A stretch of 64,000 nt of DNA, taken from assembly GCF_030684315.1 (NCBI RefSeq), contig NC_081396.1, positions 1,054,001 through 1,118,000 on the forward strand, in the 5' to 3' direction. The position numbers and the translations under genes are program-made. This DNA comes from Stegostoma tigrinum (lineage: Eukaryota). The notes under the pieces are model-generated. The model was not told where the DNA came from. It did not search any database and saw only the letters and a list, made by a program, of their open reading frames with translations. Shown here in pieces: positions 1-13,019 of this stretch; the stretch's first letter is position 1; the number at the start of each line of letters is the position of its first letter.

Positions 1-190
1 GTTTGACAAATCTTCCAACAATGTCATCTCAAAATGGAAGTTTGAAAAAAAAACACAAATGACGTTGATCAATTTTTATCCGACCTCCACCTTCATGTCA
101 CAATAAGTGCACAACACTACTGAAATAAACAGCGGCGTCCACACCTTGCAATGTGCAAATAGCCAGCATAGGAAATTCAGTTGTTATATA

Positions 191-1519
191 GAACATGGAA
201 CATAGAACATAGAACATTACAACACAGTACAGACCCTTTGGCCCTCGATGTTGTGCCGACCTGTCATACCGATCTGAAGCCCATCTAACCTACACTATTC
301 CATGTACGTCCATATGCTTATCCAATGACGACTTAAATGTACCTAAAGTTGGAGAATCTACTACCCTTGCAGGCAAAGCGTTCCATTTCCTTCCTACTCT
401 CTGAGAAAGAAACCACTTCTGACATCTGTCCTATATCTTTCACCCCTCAATTTAAAGCTATGCCCCCTTGTGCTCGCTGTCAGCATCCTCGGTAAAAGGC
501 TCTCCCTGTCCACCCTATCTAACCCTCTGATTATTTTATATGTCTCAATTAAGTCACCTCTCAACGTTCTTCTCTCTAATGAAAACAGCCTCAAGTCCCT
601 CAGCCTTTCCTCGTAAGACCTTCCCTCCATGCCAGGCAACATCCGAGCAAATCGCCTCTGCACCCTTTCCAAAGCTTCCACATCCTTCTTATAATGCGTT
701 GACCAGAACTGTACGCAATACTCCAAGTGCGGCCGCACCAGAGTTTTGTACAGCTGTAGCATAACCTCTTGGTTCCAGAACTCGATCCTTCTATTAATAA
801 AAGCTAAAACACTGTATGCCTTCTTAACAGCCCTGTCAACCTGGGTGGCAACTTTCAAGGATCTGTGTACATGGACACCGAGATCTCTCTGCTCATCTAC
901 ACTACCAAGAATCTTACCATTAGTCCAGTACTTTGCCTTCCGGTTACTCCTACCAAAGTGCATCGCCTCAAGCTTGTCTGCATTAAACTCCATTTGCCAC
1001 CTCTCAGCCCAGCTCTGCAGCTTATCTATGTCCCTCTGCAACCTACAGCATCCTTCGTCACTATCCACAACTCCACCGACCTTAGTGTCATCTGCAAATT
1101 TACCCACCCATCCTCCAGGTCATTTATAAAAATGACAACAGCAGTGGACCCAACACCGACCTTTGTGGTACACCACTAGTAACTGATCTCCAGGATGAAC
1201 ATTTCCCATCAACTACCACCCTCTGTCTTCTTTCAGCAAGCCAATTTCTGATCCAAACTGTTATATCTCCGACAATCCCATTCCTCCGCATTTTGTATAA
1301 TAGCCTACTGTGGGGAACCTTATCGAACGCGTTGCTGAAATCCATATACACCACATCAACCGGTTTACTCTCATCTACCTGTTTGGTCACCTTCTCAAAG
1401 AACTCAATAAGGTTTGTGAGGCACGACCTTCCCTTCACAAAACCGTGCTGACTATTCCTCATCAATTTATTCTTTTCTAGATGATTATAAATCCTATCAC
1501 TTATAACCTTTTCCAACAC
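191..1519 (-). mobile_element. 5'-truncated CR1-type LINE (reverse transcriptase C-terminal half plus 3' tail)
   Basis: ORFs 1124..1519 (QHGFVKGRSCLTNL, VYMDF, GVPQ.SVLGPLL) and 394..1107 (KFADDTK, LYKTLVRPHLEYCVQFWS) are CR1 RT motifs. The GAACATA-type repeats at 191-218 are the reverse-complemented short-repeat 3' tail. Confidence 0.95.
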
Positions 1520-2374
1520 TTTGTATCAGGTTGCCCAACTTCAAGGGCCAAATGCTCGAAAGATGTATGATGAAAACCTGACAGGGTAAATGGGGAATAG
1601 TCCCCACCCATCACCAACCCCACCCCGTTGAAGTGGAATACATAGTCAGGTAGATGCAAAGAAGCATTGCGTCAACAGAAGAAACTGAGCTTATCAACGT
1701 ATTTGTGATCGGGACTGTGCTTTAAGTATGTTCAAAGCTGAAACAGGTATAGCAAAGATACACAGCCTGGATTGTCTGGAGCATCGAAGATTCAGAGAAA
1801 ATGAACGGAATCATATTCGACCCTGAGGGGAGTTGATCAGGAATATCTGGAAAGCATGTTTCCTCTTGTGGAACAGCGAAGAATTAGGAGCTGGAGGTTA
1901 AAAATTGGGCAGCACCAATTAGTCTCAGCAATGCGGAGGTTTTTTTTTAAAATACAGTGGGCGGTGAGTTTTTTGAATTTTTTTTATGTTAAGGTCGTGG
2001 ATGCAGAATCCTGAAGCATTTTAAAGGCAGAGGTAAGTAGGTTCTTGACAACAAAGGCATGAAAAATTTTCAAGAATATGCAATGATGTAGTGTTGAGGT
2101 TAACGTCATATCAGGAGTTATCATATTCAATGGTCGAGGATGGAGTTAAATGCCGACTGATGTTCTCCTGTACCCTCGTCTATGTTAGTATGATCATAAC
2201 TATCAATTGGAGCGTCAACTTCTCAGCCATATGAAATGTTAATGTCAAAACAATCAGTTCAATCATTCTCGGTCTCTCCTCTGTATAACGTGACGAATGT
2301 CAGTTTTGTTTCTCCAATATTCTGTGGATGAACGTCTTCCAAACACAAAGCCTTATTATTTGTGCCATTTTACT

Positions 2375-2716
2375 TTCCAGTCTCATCTTTCACTGAAACG
2401 TCAGTGGTACCGATGAATGCGAATAGTGGAGAGAGTATCACCCTCAGCTGTTTCGACATGATGGAGGGAGTGCCATTCTGTTGTGGTGCTGTCTGACTCT
2501 CTCCCTTGGAAACCAATATATTAACACCCACTGTACGAATGGCTTTATTGACTGTGCCCCATATGTTGGAAGTGATTTCCCCTTTTCCCTGGCCAAAACC
2601 AGCAGACTTGTCAGTTTAACCACCCCATAGCCGTCGGATGAGGACGCTAAGAAATATTTCTGAATCGTAACCATGCTCATAGTGCTGAATTTAATGCAAC
2701 AATGCTTATATAGACA
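2375..2716 (+). pseudogene. Degenerate TCR-type V relic (plus-strand old family), copy 1
   Basis: Reads GESITLSC ... SLAKTSRLVSLT ... DEDAKKYF*. Followed by CATAGTG (2678-2684), a 23-nt spacer and ATATAGACA, a decayed 23-RSS. Confidence 0.75.
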
Positions 2717-4734
2717 CGTCACTGAGAGACAAGAGCACCCGGTATTTTAAAAGGCTCTGTTCAACATCATCGGGTGCAACACAGGGTGAGTTGAACAAAC
2801 ATAATTTATTGAACATATATAGAAGCAGGGGAAAACAGAGGGAGAGGCTGGCAAATGCAGGGAAGGAGGAAGAGGAAAATACCCAGCGTGATAAATAGGC
2901 ACGCAGAAAAAATAAACTGTCAAGCATGTTGGTCGGATAATAGAGACACAGATAGTTTAGATAAGCAGATAGGCAGGCAGTTCGATATATAAACGCAGTG
3001 CTCACACATTAAAATAGGACATTTCGATTGACAGAGAGCATATGCGCAAGCGTTTGAAAATAATGCACTCTTTGACAATTTTGTTACATGAACTTATGCA
3101 TTTTCTGCTAAAATTGACAATTTTTCTAATCCCCACGATGAACCTCTCTCTATTCTTCATGGTGACCATCTCCGAAATCTCCACACTGTTCCAATGTATG
3201 TTTTGGTGTTGCTGACAGATTGGATGGTACTGTGTGCTGCTGCTAACCTTTTGTATGATTCCTTGGTGATTTTTGCCTTCCGCAGTTGCAATAGATGGCG
3301 GCGGCCAGCAGGCGGGGCAATTGCATTGCTTTACACACAATGAAAAAAACGTACAGAGGCGTTTACTGTTTTAATTTAGATAAATCTCCCGTTAACTGTC
3401 TCCCATTGTGGACAGAGAATCGTGTACAAACAGAGAATGATATATTTTGGTGTACCATCGGGCATGCACGGAGAAAAACTAACTCACAAACACAGAANNN
3501 NNNNNNNNNNNNNNNNNNNNNNNNNNNNNNNNNNNNNNNNNNNNNNNNNNNNNNNNNNNNNNNNNNNNNNNNNNNNNNNNNNNNNNNNNNNNNNNNNNNN
3601 NNNNNNNNNNNNNNNNNNNNNNNNNNNNNNNNNNNNNNNNNNNNNNNNNNNCAGCTGTACAAGCCGATCTTCACTTGCACACAGTGGCAGGTCTTTATCC
3701 ATGCTGTTTGGTTTCTACCTTACTGCCTATTGTAACTTGTGTATAATTGATATGCATGGCAATTATTTTTGCATTTGCAGTCCTGTGTACTAGGTGCAAA
3801 CTCTGAAGATGTTGTACTCAATACAGTGGACAAAACAGATCAAAGTTTGATTTCTGTTCATTCCTTAGGATTCAAGAACCTCCTGACAACATGAGGAAAT
3901 TCATGTAATAAATTGGGAAATCTCCAGATGTGGCCAGATGGGTTCTGGCTGCAGTGACGTTCCTGACGTGCATAATTCACCTCATCATATTTCCCTACTC
4001 TCTTAAATGCACACACTCAAAATATTTCGATCCCTGGAATAGACAGTCAGGTAGCTACGACAAAGCAATTCTTCATCAGAGGAAACGGAACCTGTCAAAT
4101 TATTTGCCATAAGGACTGTTGTGTAAGCACACTCAAGACCAATACAGGGATAGAAAAGCTACACAGCCTGGAACTATAGACTCTGTAGTACATAACTTCA
4201 GGCAAATGAATGGAAACAAAAGAGACCCTGAGTGGAGTTGGTCTGAAGCATGTGGAAAGAATACTTCCGCTTGTGGGAAAATGAAGAATTAGTACATGGA
4301 GGTAAAAAACGAAGCACCCTTTAATGCCAGTGATATTTTTGCGAAGTCGTTTATGTTAAGGTAGTGAATGCAGAATCTTGCATTTTTACGGAAGATGTAA
4401 GTAGATTCTTGACAACTAAGGGATAAAAGATTTTCAAGCACATGCAGCAATGTAGAGTTGAGGGTAACATTGTATCAGCCACGATCTTATTCAGTGGTTG
4501 AGGACCCTTTTAAAGGGCCACTGACTTTCTCCTGTCGCCTCTTTATATGTTTGCATCATCAAGACAGTCAATGTGTGCACCAATTTCTCAGCCACATGAA
4601 ATGCTGATTTCGAAGTAATCAGTTCAATTATTCTCCACCTCTCCATTGTATAATTTGAAGTGTGTCAGTTTTGTCACTCCAGTCTTCTGAGGTTGAATGC
4701 CTTTCAAATACAATGCCTTATGATCAGTGTCTTT

Positions 4735-5076
4735 CTGGCAACCAGTCTGGTTGGCCACTGACAAGTCAGAAGTACCGGTGGATAGTCATGAGAGAATCAC
4801 TCTCAACTGTTTCTACTGAGATGTAGAGAGTGCTTTCCTGTCGTAGTACAGAGTGACTCACTAGTTTGGGCACAAATCTATTATCACCTGTCTTCCAGAT
4901 GGCTTCAATGGAAGTGTGGCATTTGTCAGAAGTCACTTCCTCGTTTCTCTGGACAAAACCTGCAGGGCTGTCAGTTGAACCGTCTCACAGCTGTTGGGTG
5001 AGAATCCCGAAAAATATTTCTGAATCGCAACCATGCTCATAGTGCTAAATTTAATTGAACAATGCTTATATATACC
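4735..5076 (+). pseudogene. Degenerate TCR-type V relic (plus-strand old family), copy 2
   Basis: ITLNCFY..., ...KYF* then CATAGTG (5038-5044), 23 nt, ATATATACC. Paralogous to 2375-2716 and 42680-43020. Confidence 0.75.
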
Positions 5077-6553
5077 GATCTGAATGTAGACCCTCTGAGA
5101 GAAAAGAACACCTGCGATTTTACAAGGCCATATTCAACGTCATTGTGTGCAATGGAGAGTGAATTGCAGATGCAAATATAGTAGATTGAACAAGAATGGA
5201 AAAAGGGGAAACTAGAGAGAAAGACTGACCAATGCAAGGAATGAGACACAGAAAGATACCCAGCATGAGAAGTAGGCACGTAAAAAGATAAAATGTCAAG
5301 CGTATAGGAAGAATAATAGAGAGAGCNNNNNNNNNNNNNNNNNNNNNNNNNNNNNNNNNNNNNNNNNNNNNNNNNNNNNNNNNNNNNNNNNNNNNNNNNN
5401 NNNNNNNNNNNNNNNNNNNNNNNNNNNNNNNNNNNNNNNNNNNNNNNNNNNNNNNNNNNNNNNNNNNNNNNNNNNNNNNNNNNNNNNNNNNNNNNNNNNN
5501 NNNNNNNNNNNNNNNNNNNNNNNNNNNNNNNNNGCCTTTCACAGGCGTAATACATGCAGGCCGCCAGCAGGGGTTGAAATTGCATCACCTCAAGCAACTA
5601 ATGAAAAAAGACACAGAGGCGTTTACGTAATTTGTTCCAAATAAAACTGCTGAAAACTATCTTCAATTGTACAGAAAGAATCATGCTCTCAAAATATGAT
5701 CCCCAGTCCCTCTGTAATGTGCATGTACATCTGGACAGATGAGGATCAGAAAGCGACTGTAAAGATTCAATGGAATTGGACACAACTACTTTATGCCAGG
5801 AAAATCATGCTTAACAAATTTCCGTGAGTCCTTTTTGGAGGGATGTAACTAGTAGGACAAATAGTGTTGATTTACTGTATTTGTTAGATTTGAATTTCCA
5901 AAAGCTTTTGAAAAATTTCTGCTTAAGACGTCAGTGGCTAGCAGTCAATCTCAATGTTCTAGCGATATAATGTTGTCATGAATGGCGAAGCAGTAGGCCT
6001 ACAGGAAACGAGAGTTAATTTACCACATGTAAATAGGGGACCATTGACTTCTCAGAATGTCGCTATGCCTCTAACATATTTGTGTAAACCCTGAAATTAT
6101 TTGAAGATGCCTTGAATTTTTTTTTTGCCAGACAGCGTTCACATCCAATGCTGGTTTGTGTCTTCACATACTACGTGTAGGGCCAAACTGTTGCAATGAC
6201 TGTTTACACATATAATGTTATTCATATGAATAAATTACATCTTTAAATGTTAAAAAATCAGACAGTGACCATCAATTCACGCAATCTCGAATGTCCAGAA
6301 TGAGATGGTGCTGCTAGCTCGTCCAATGGAGATGATAGAATCCCTCTGTATTTCCATCATACATCAATACCCATGTGCTTACGTCAGACGTCAATGGCAG
6401 ACAGCCAACCTCGTGTGTTCTCCAACACACCCCCTCTTCTTCTGATTCACAAAACCTTGTGAGTGTGGATCAGAATCCAACAGTTTGCAAAAGTGTTTTT
6501 TTCAGTGATTGACTGGATAACAGACTGTCTCATTGAAGACAGCCTCAGGAAGC

Positions 6554-7103
6554 ATGTGGTCGTCAAGGATTCTCCATCTCCAACTTGCTTTCGTCTTCAG
6601 TGCCTAGGTCTAATTGCTTATTTCAGGTAAAGTTTAATGTGATTTTCAGTTTGTATGGAAATATCTTTCCTGGGCTGTGTGGTGGAGTGTAGTGTCATGT
6701 GAGGGGAGAGTTACAAGATCTGGATTGATGCAATTTAATTAATTTTCCTTTCCTTTATTAGGTGCCCAGTCAGAAGTATTGTTGACTCAATTGGAGGCAG
6801 AGACAGGCATTGCTGGATATTCTTTGAGACTGACATGTTAAACCCACGGGTTTGATCTGAATGCATGCACTATATATTGGCTTCGGCAAAGTCCTGGGAA
6901 TAGCCCACAATTGCTTCTTCGGCCCTATAGTGAAGACAGCAAAGATTTTAATCCAGATGCTGACAATCAATTTGCTGCTGAGAAAGACCTTGCAAACAAA
7001 TTCTTCATTTTGGTCAACAGACAATTGAGTATTTCAGACAGCACAACATACTGTTGTGCAAGAGCACAGTGATACAGATAAGACCCAAACATGTAGAAAA
7101 ACC
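6554..7103 (+). pseudogene. IgVH-like V pseudogene (TAILV-like)
   Basis: Leader exon 6554-6599 (MWSSRILHLQLAFVF), GT..AG intron, V exon from 6762 (EVLLTQLEAETGIAGYSLRLTC*). In-frame TAA at 6839-6841 and YYC changed to YCC. RSS CACAGTG 7065-7071, 23 nt, AGAAAAACC. Confidence 0.92.
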
Positions 7104-7283
7104 CACGAGAGAGGAAATGTAGCATTTTCTTCAGCTCTAAGGCAGAGAACGAATACACTCAACATGAATTTCACACAACAGGATTGTTGCTAAGTAATGT
7201 TTACTAATTAACACAACAAAAGAGGCTTTGTGTCTTTGCATGGTTATCTGCTGAGATCACAACATGGCAGTTGTGTTTTTTTC

Positions 7284-7570
7284 TTAAAGATTAGATTCCC
7301 TACAGTGTGGAAAGAGGCCCTTTGGCCCAGCATGGCCACACTGCCCCTTGAAGCATCCCACCCAGACCCATCCTTCTATAACCCACACACCGCAGAACAC
7401 TACGGGCAATTTGGCATGGCCAATCCACCTAGCCTGCACATCTTTGGACTGTGGGAGGAAACCGGATCACCCAGGAGGAATCCCACACAGACACGGGGAG
7501 AATGTGAAAACTGGAAGGCTGGAATCGAACCTGGTGCTGTGAGGCAGCAGTGCTAACCACTGAGCCACTG
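7284..7570 (-). mobile_element. tRNA-derived V-SINE (shark HE1-like)
   Basis: Reverse complement contains the GGTTAGCACTGCTGCCTCAC head, the V-SINE central domain (TTCCTCCCACAGTCCAAAGATGTGCAGG) and the CCACACTGTAGGGAATCT tail. Confidence 0.85.
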
Positions 7571-8370
7571 TCTGTGTGTATGCCTGCATGTGTGTGTTCG
7601 AATGTATACATGTGAATGTATGCATTTGTGCACGTGCACGATTGTGTTTTGAATGTCTGCATATAGCTATGTGATAATGTATGTAAGACTACGGAGAGAT
7701 TCAGCGTATAAATTAAATTTATGCCTAATTCTTCATTACTGTATATCAGACACATCGTTCTGATATATTTAGCTCCCTTTTTTGGTCTCTCACATTCGCT
7801 CGTCTCAGTTTCTCCTTCAGTCTGAAGATTTGTTCAGTCCCCACTTTATTACTGAAATTAATCTCAATTTGTTTTCATACCTCATTATGGAAACATAAAC
7901 AAAAGTCAGTTACAAGATTGTGTATTTAATCTCCACTTCAAGAGTTTTCTTTTCAGCTGCTTTTCTCACACGCTAATTTTCGTTACTGACTGCAATATTG
8001 TACTCGAGGATTACATTAAGTGATTTCTGAGTGATCCCGTGTCTTTGTTTTTGTGTAGTGTTTGAATAGGAGTATTCCAACGGTGCTTTGGCCTGTTGTG
8101 CTTAATCAGGAGGAGAACGACTGTTAATATTTGCTTTGCAGCCCTGTCAAAGGGACATGAAGATAGAGGTGCGATGAACATTAATTGTTCTCATTATCTT
8201 GAATAGAAATAACACAGGTGAGTTACAATTGATATTCTGACAAGCTACCAAAGTGCAGTGGTAGAATCCCTACGTTTGTTTCAAATGCATTCCACTTCTA
8301 GATTCACTTGCTGTAGAGGTGTCTAATAACATATACAAATAACGTTGCTTTGAAAATGGAGATCCATTAT

Positions 8371-8484
8371 CATAGATTCCCTACAGTGCGTGTGAAGGCC
8401 CTTCAGAACAGCAAGTCCACAGCAGCCCATTCCACTCTAACGAACCTGTGCTCCACATCTCTGAACACCTAGCATGGCCAATCC
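8371..8484 (-). mobile_element. Truncated V-SINE (tail portion)
   Basis: CATAGATTCCCTACAGTG...AGCATGGCCAATCC matches the SINE tail/central region. It sits at the same cassette position as the SINEs at 33437 and 45991. Confidence 0.7.
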
Positions 8485-8521
8485 ATGCACTATATTTTGG
8501 CTTCGGCAAAGTCCTGGGAAT

Positions 8522-8840
8522 GTGGAATTAGTCAGAGATCTTCATGAGGTATGAGAGGCAGTGACTCTTAGCTGTACCTATGATACTACATCGAGAAACT
8601 ATGTCTTATTCTGATGTAAACAGTAACCAGATACTCGAAGCAAGCATAGACTGAGCAAAAGTGCAGCTGGTAAAATGCAGAAAGCAGAGTTTGCTAAAAA
8701 TCACTTTTCCCTAGATCTTCAGTCCTCGAAGATAATCACCAGTTTGGCTGTACCTGGCCTACAGCTGGCTGACGTTGTCATGCAATACTGTGCTTTATTC
8801 ACCAACGATAAACAATCTCAACCCCCCTTAAAAAAATCCT
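8522..8840 (+). pseudogene. TRAV/TRDV-type V pseudogene, leaderless, RSS heptamer lost
   Basis: Reads AVTLSCTYDTTSRNYVLF*...KAEFAKNHFSLDLQSSKIITSLAVPGLQLADVVMQYCAL, homologous to the V genes at 14870, 18830 and 27810. Confidence 0.85.
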
Positions 8841-8943
8841 TTGGCGAATAAAGTCCTCTTAAATTGTGCGAAATCCGGAGCAGGTACACTTAGCTGTCAC
8901 GAATTCAATTTTACACCGCGTAGGAAAGCCAAGAAACCTTAAA

Positions 8944-10389
8944 CACGGGTGAGGTCTTGGGGGACGGGAGAATTGCTAATGTTGTTCCCTTATTTAAGAT
9001 AGGTAGCAGGGATAACCCAGGTAATTATCGACCCGTGAGCCTGACATCAGTGGAAGGGAAGCTGCTGGAGAAAATACCGAGGGATAGGGCTTATCAGTGA
9101 TAGACAACATGGTTTTGTGCAGGGACGATCATGTCTTACAAACTGAATAGAATTCTTTGAGAACGTGACAAAGTTGATTGATGAGGAAAAGGCTGTAGAT
9201 GTCATATAGATGGACTTCAGTACGGCGTTTTTTAAGGTTCCCCATGGCAGGCTGATGGAGAAAGTGAAGTCGCATGGGGCCCAGGGTGTGCTAGCTAAAT
9301 GGATAAAAAGCTGGCTAGGCAACAGGAGACAGAGAGTAGTTGTGGAATTGGGGTTTCTCAAATTGGAGACCTGTAACATGTGGTGTTCCACAGGGATCTG
9401 TGCTAGGACCACCGTTGTTTGTGATATACATAAATGATTTTGAGGAATGTAGAGGTGATCTGATTAGCAAGTTTGCAGATGACACGAAGATGGTGGAGTA
9501 GCAGGTAGTGAAGGGAACTGTCGGAGAATGCAGCAGAATATAGATAGATTGGAAGGTTGGGCAGATAAATGGCAGATGGAGTTCAATCCAGGCAAATGTG
9601 AGGTGATGCATTTTGGAAGATCGAATTTAAGAGTGAACTATACAGTAACTGGAAAAGTCCTGGGGAAAATTTCTCTTCAGAGGGATCTGGGTGGTCAGGT
9701 CCATTGTTCCCTGAAGGTGGTAACGCAGGTCAAGAAGGCATACGACATGTGTTCCTTCAGCAGATGGGGTATTGAGTATAAGAGTTGGCAGGTCATGTTA
9801 CTGTTGTATAAGACTTCGATTCAGCCACATTTAGAGTACTGTGTACAGTTCTGGTCACCACATTACCAAAAGGATCTAGAAGCTTTGGAGAGAGTGTAGA
9901 GGAGGTTCACCAGGATGTTGTCTGGTATGGAGGGCTCTGCCTATGAAGAAAGGTTGAGTAGATTAGGATTATTTTCATTAGAAAGATGGAGACTGAGGGA
10001 GGACCTGATTGAGATCTACAAAATCATGAGGGTAATACAGACAAGATGGATAGCAAGAAGCTTTTTCCCAGAGTGGGGGACTCAATTGCTAGGGATCATG
10101 AGTTCAAAGTGAGAGGAGGAAAGTTTATGGGAGATATGCGTGGAACGCTCTTTATGCAGAGGGTGGTGGGGTGTTTGAACGTGTTGCCAGTGGAGGTGGT
10201 AGACGCAGACATGGTAGTGTCTTTTAGGATGTATCTGGACATGTACATGGATGGGCAGGGAGCAAATGGACACAGACCCTTAGAAAATAGATGACAGGTT
10301 CAGACAGAGGATCTCGATTGGCGCAGGCTTGGAGGGCCGAAGCGCCTGTTCCTGTGCTGTAATTTTCATTGTCCTTTGTTCTTTGTTCG
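8944..10389 (+). mobile_element. 5'-truncated, frameshifted CR1-type LINE with probable target-site duplication
   Basis: RT fragments (MDFS.AF.KVPH, FADDTK, PHLEYCVQFWSPH) and a CTTTGTT-repeat tail at ~10374-10388. AACCTT(A/G)AA flanks both sides (8935-8943, 10390-10398). The paralogous site at ~49145 is empty. Confidence 0.92.
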
Positions 10390-12374
10390 AACCTTGAATC
10401 AAAATGTCACCGAATTGTTTCCAGGAGCTGCTGTGAAAATAAACTACAGAGTCCTAGCACGAGATACAGGGAGAAGAGATACACATATGAATTCACATTT
10501 TCTACTTCCCACTCTCTATAATCTAGTGACAACTTAGTTGCAGACAGCGAGCTGGAAGAGTGATCTCATTTTCTGAGTTTTACATCTTCACCTCCGACCA
10601 AATGCAATTGGGTGCGAGCATCCAGTGTAAAGTAACTTGTTTACTGATGGCGGCGTTTCAAAATGGGTGTCATTGAAGATGCTGAGAATGTAATGAGAAT
10701 ATGTTCGTCTTTGAAGTGATGAGCCAGAACTATGTTTTTCCACAAGATTGGGCCAATCTTTATCCCACACTGTTGACACCTCCTTATCGTCAGTTTCATC
10801 TTCATTGTCTCCTTCAGTTGGATTCCATCTGTGGCAGTTAACTCAGCATTACTCTGATTTGAAACTCCACAATTGAACAAGGAAATCCTACAGACGTGGT
10901 CTTTAATATTAATTTACCGAGTGTTTTTTCAAATGCCTTTTCCAAGTGGTTTATCACTTCGCTGAGCATACGGCTGTTGTCTAGGTTCAGCTAACATATC
11001 CAGGATCTTTATTTTTTATTTAATGTGATAGTGAAAGTATAATCGCTGTGCTCCCTTGTCTGGCCTACTTTGCACGACAAAATGGAGATTCATTGTTCGT
11101 TTCGTCATTTTAGGACATGAATATAGATTTACAACTATCTTTGGTTATCTCCATAATACTGAACGTAAGCATCGCAGGGGAGTTGCACTTGAAATTCTAC
11201 AGACTGTGATTGTGCAGTTATAATGACGTTTCCTTTGAGCCACGTAGGTACTGTTCTAGAGTTTTAGATTCACTGCATAAGGCATGTAATAAAATCTCAG
11301 AACGGGTCAGTTAGAAAATGGATACACTGTCGATACTCATCGATATAGAATCACATGTTATTTCCACACTGAAAATGAAAGTTCGAAACTATTCATTTTC
11401 AGTCGGTGCTTCTCGAGAACCAGGGACTCTGAGATACGGTGGAGATGAAAGAAATGCTGCAGATGTTTTCGTGGATGGTGAGACAAACACAGCAGAGAGA
11501 AATGAATCGACATCTATTTGAACAGTTAGAGAAGAAGCAGGTTGTGTGAATGCAGACTAGCATATGTCCATAAGATTGAACGACACTTTTGACATTAGGA
11601 TTCAAATTTTTTCTCAAGGCAGCTGGATGCTTACATCATTATCGCCTCTCATCATTTCTCCCATGGAGTTTGCTTCTAGCTTATCGGGCTCTCAGGCAGT
11701 GAACGTATCACAATGTGGCTCCTGGCACTGTAGCTGTGAAAGGCTTCTCAGCGACAATGAACTGTAACACTAGTGCCTTACACAGGTTCACCATCTTAAC
11801 ATATCCAGAGAAGTACTCTCTGAAGTAGCATTTAGGCTGCAGTTTTGCTGTCCTTGTGTCAATCAGAAAAGATGTGTCCAGTGTAATAATAAATGGATGA
11901 CTATGCAAAACAGAAATGAGAACGCATATTGTTTTAATGGATTTTGAGTCTGCGTAATTCCTTTTCTCAAAAGTCAGTGAATATAGAATCTTTGTGGGTT
12001 TTTTTTTGGAAGGCAGTATTGGACAGATTATTGATGACCAAGGATATGAGAAAATATTAGAGACATGCAAAAATGCAGAGTCGAGGTTAAATTCATATCA
12101 GCTATGATCTTACTTAATGGCAAAACAGGCTTTGAAGAGTCGAGTGGCTCACACTTGTATCCTTCCTGCTTGCTTGCATGATCAGAACAGTAACCTAGTG
12201 TACTTTCTAAAATTACTTTCCAAACCAAACAAAGATGTTAATTTTTAAAAATTACCCTTTTCTTCTTAACGTTGTCTCTCCTTTCCGTTATTTGAAATGT
12301 ATGAGTTCTAAATGTCCCATCTTCTTTGGATTGAACACATCCTGACACAATGCCTTATGATTTGTGCCCTTCTG

Positions 12375-12660
12375 AGAGCCTACCTGTTTTGGTCACTCAC
12401 CAACTAGCAGTAGAGATGACAGCAAAGAGAGGAGAGGGTGTCACTCTAACCTGCTCTTTGTAGAAAGAAAGTGAGCCCCAGTCTGACCTGATACCGCTGC
12501 CTCCCTGACTGGGTCCTCCCCATTCAATGATGTTGCCACGGTTGCTAACACATGCAGATCTGTCAGTTGCAGACTGACAGTTGTTGAATGAGGATTCAGC
12601 AAAATGTTTCTGTCTGATAACTACGCTGATGGTGCTGTATTTGCTGCAACAACCTCTTCA
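12375..12660 (+). pseudogene. Degenerate TCR-type V relic (plus-strand old family), internally deleted
   Basis: GEGVTLTC ... EDSAKCFC. Flanks are homologous to the other copies and the RSS is decayed. Confidence 0.6.
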
Positions 12661-13019
12661 TTAGCTGACCTACGTGTAAGGCCTGTGAGAGAATTGATGG
12701 CCTCCTATTTGACAGAGTATTATGCAATCTCACTGTGTAGAATAAGTCACAAGATTGTCCGAAAGACAACTAAACAGTCTGAAATACTTTCCGCAAGAAA
12801 TACAAATACGTAGAAACTGGAATAGACACACCAGCAGCTAGATAGTTAGACAGAGAAATAAGATAACAATTATTTAGATAGATACAAACAAAGAAAATGG
12901 ATGGATAGATTGGTTTGTAACACGGTGATTGTCACAGCACAGAGTTGGAAACGAAATCATTTTTCTCAATGTCTCTGATCATTAAAGATCTGTATGTTTG
13001 TTCCCAATGAATTGTAGCT

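Noticed and set aside
3498-3651. N runs (also at 5327, 21926, 22301, 28632, 30512, 45031, 61630) and the ORFs spanning them
   Set aside because: Several fall where paralogues have CA/GATA microsatellites, so they are masked or unresolved simple repeats. ORFs through X runs are artefacts.
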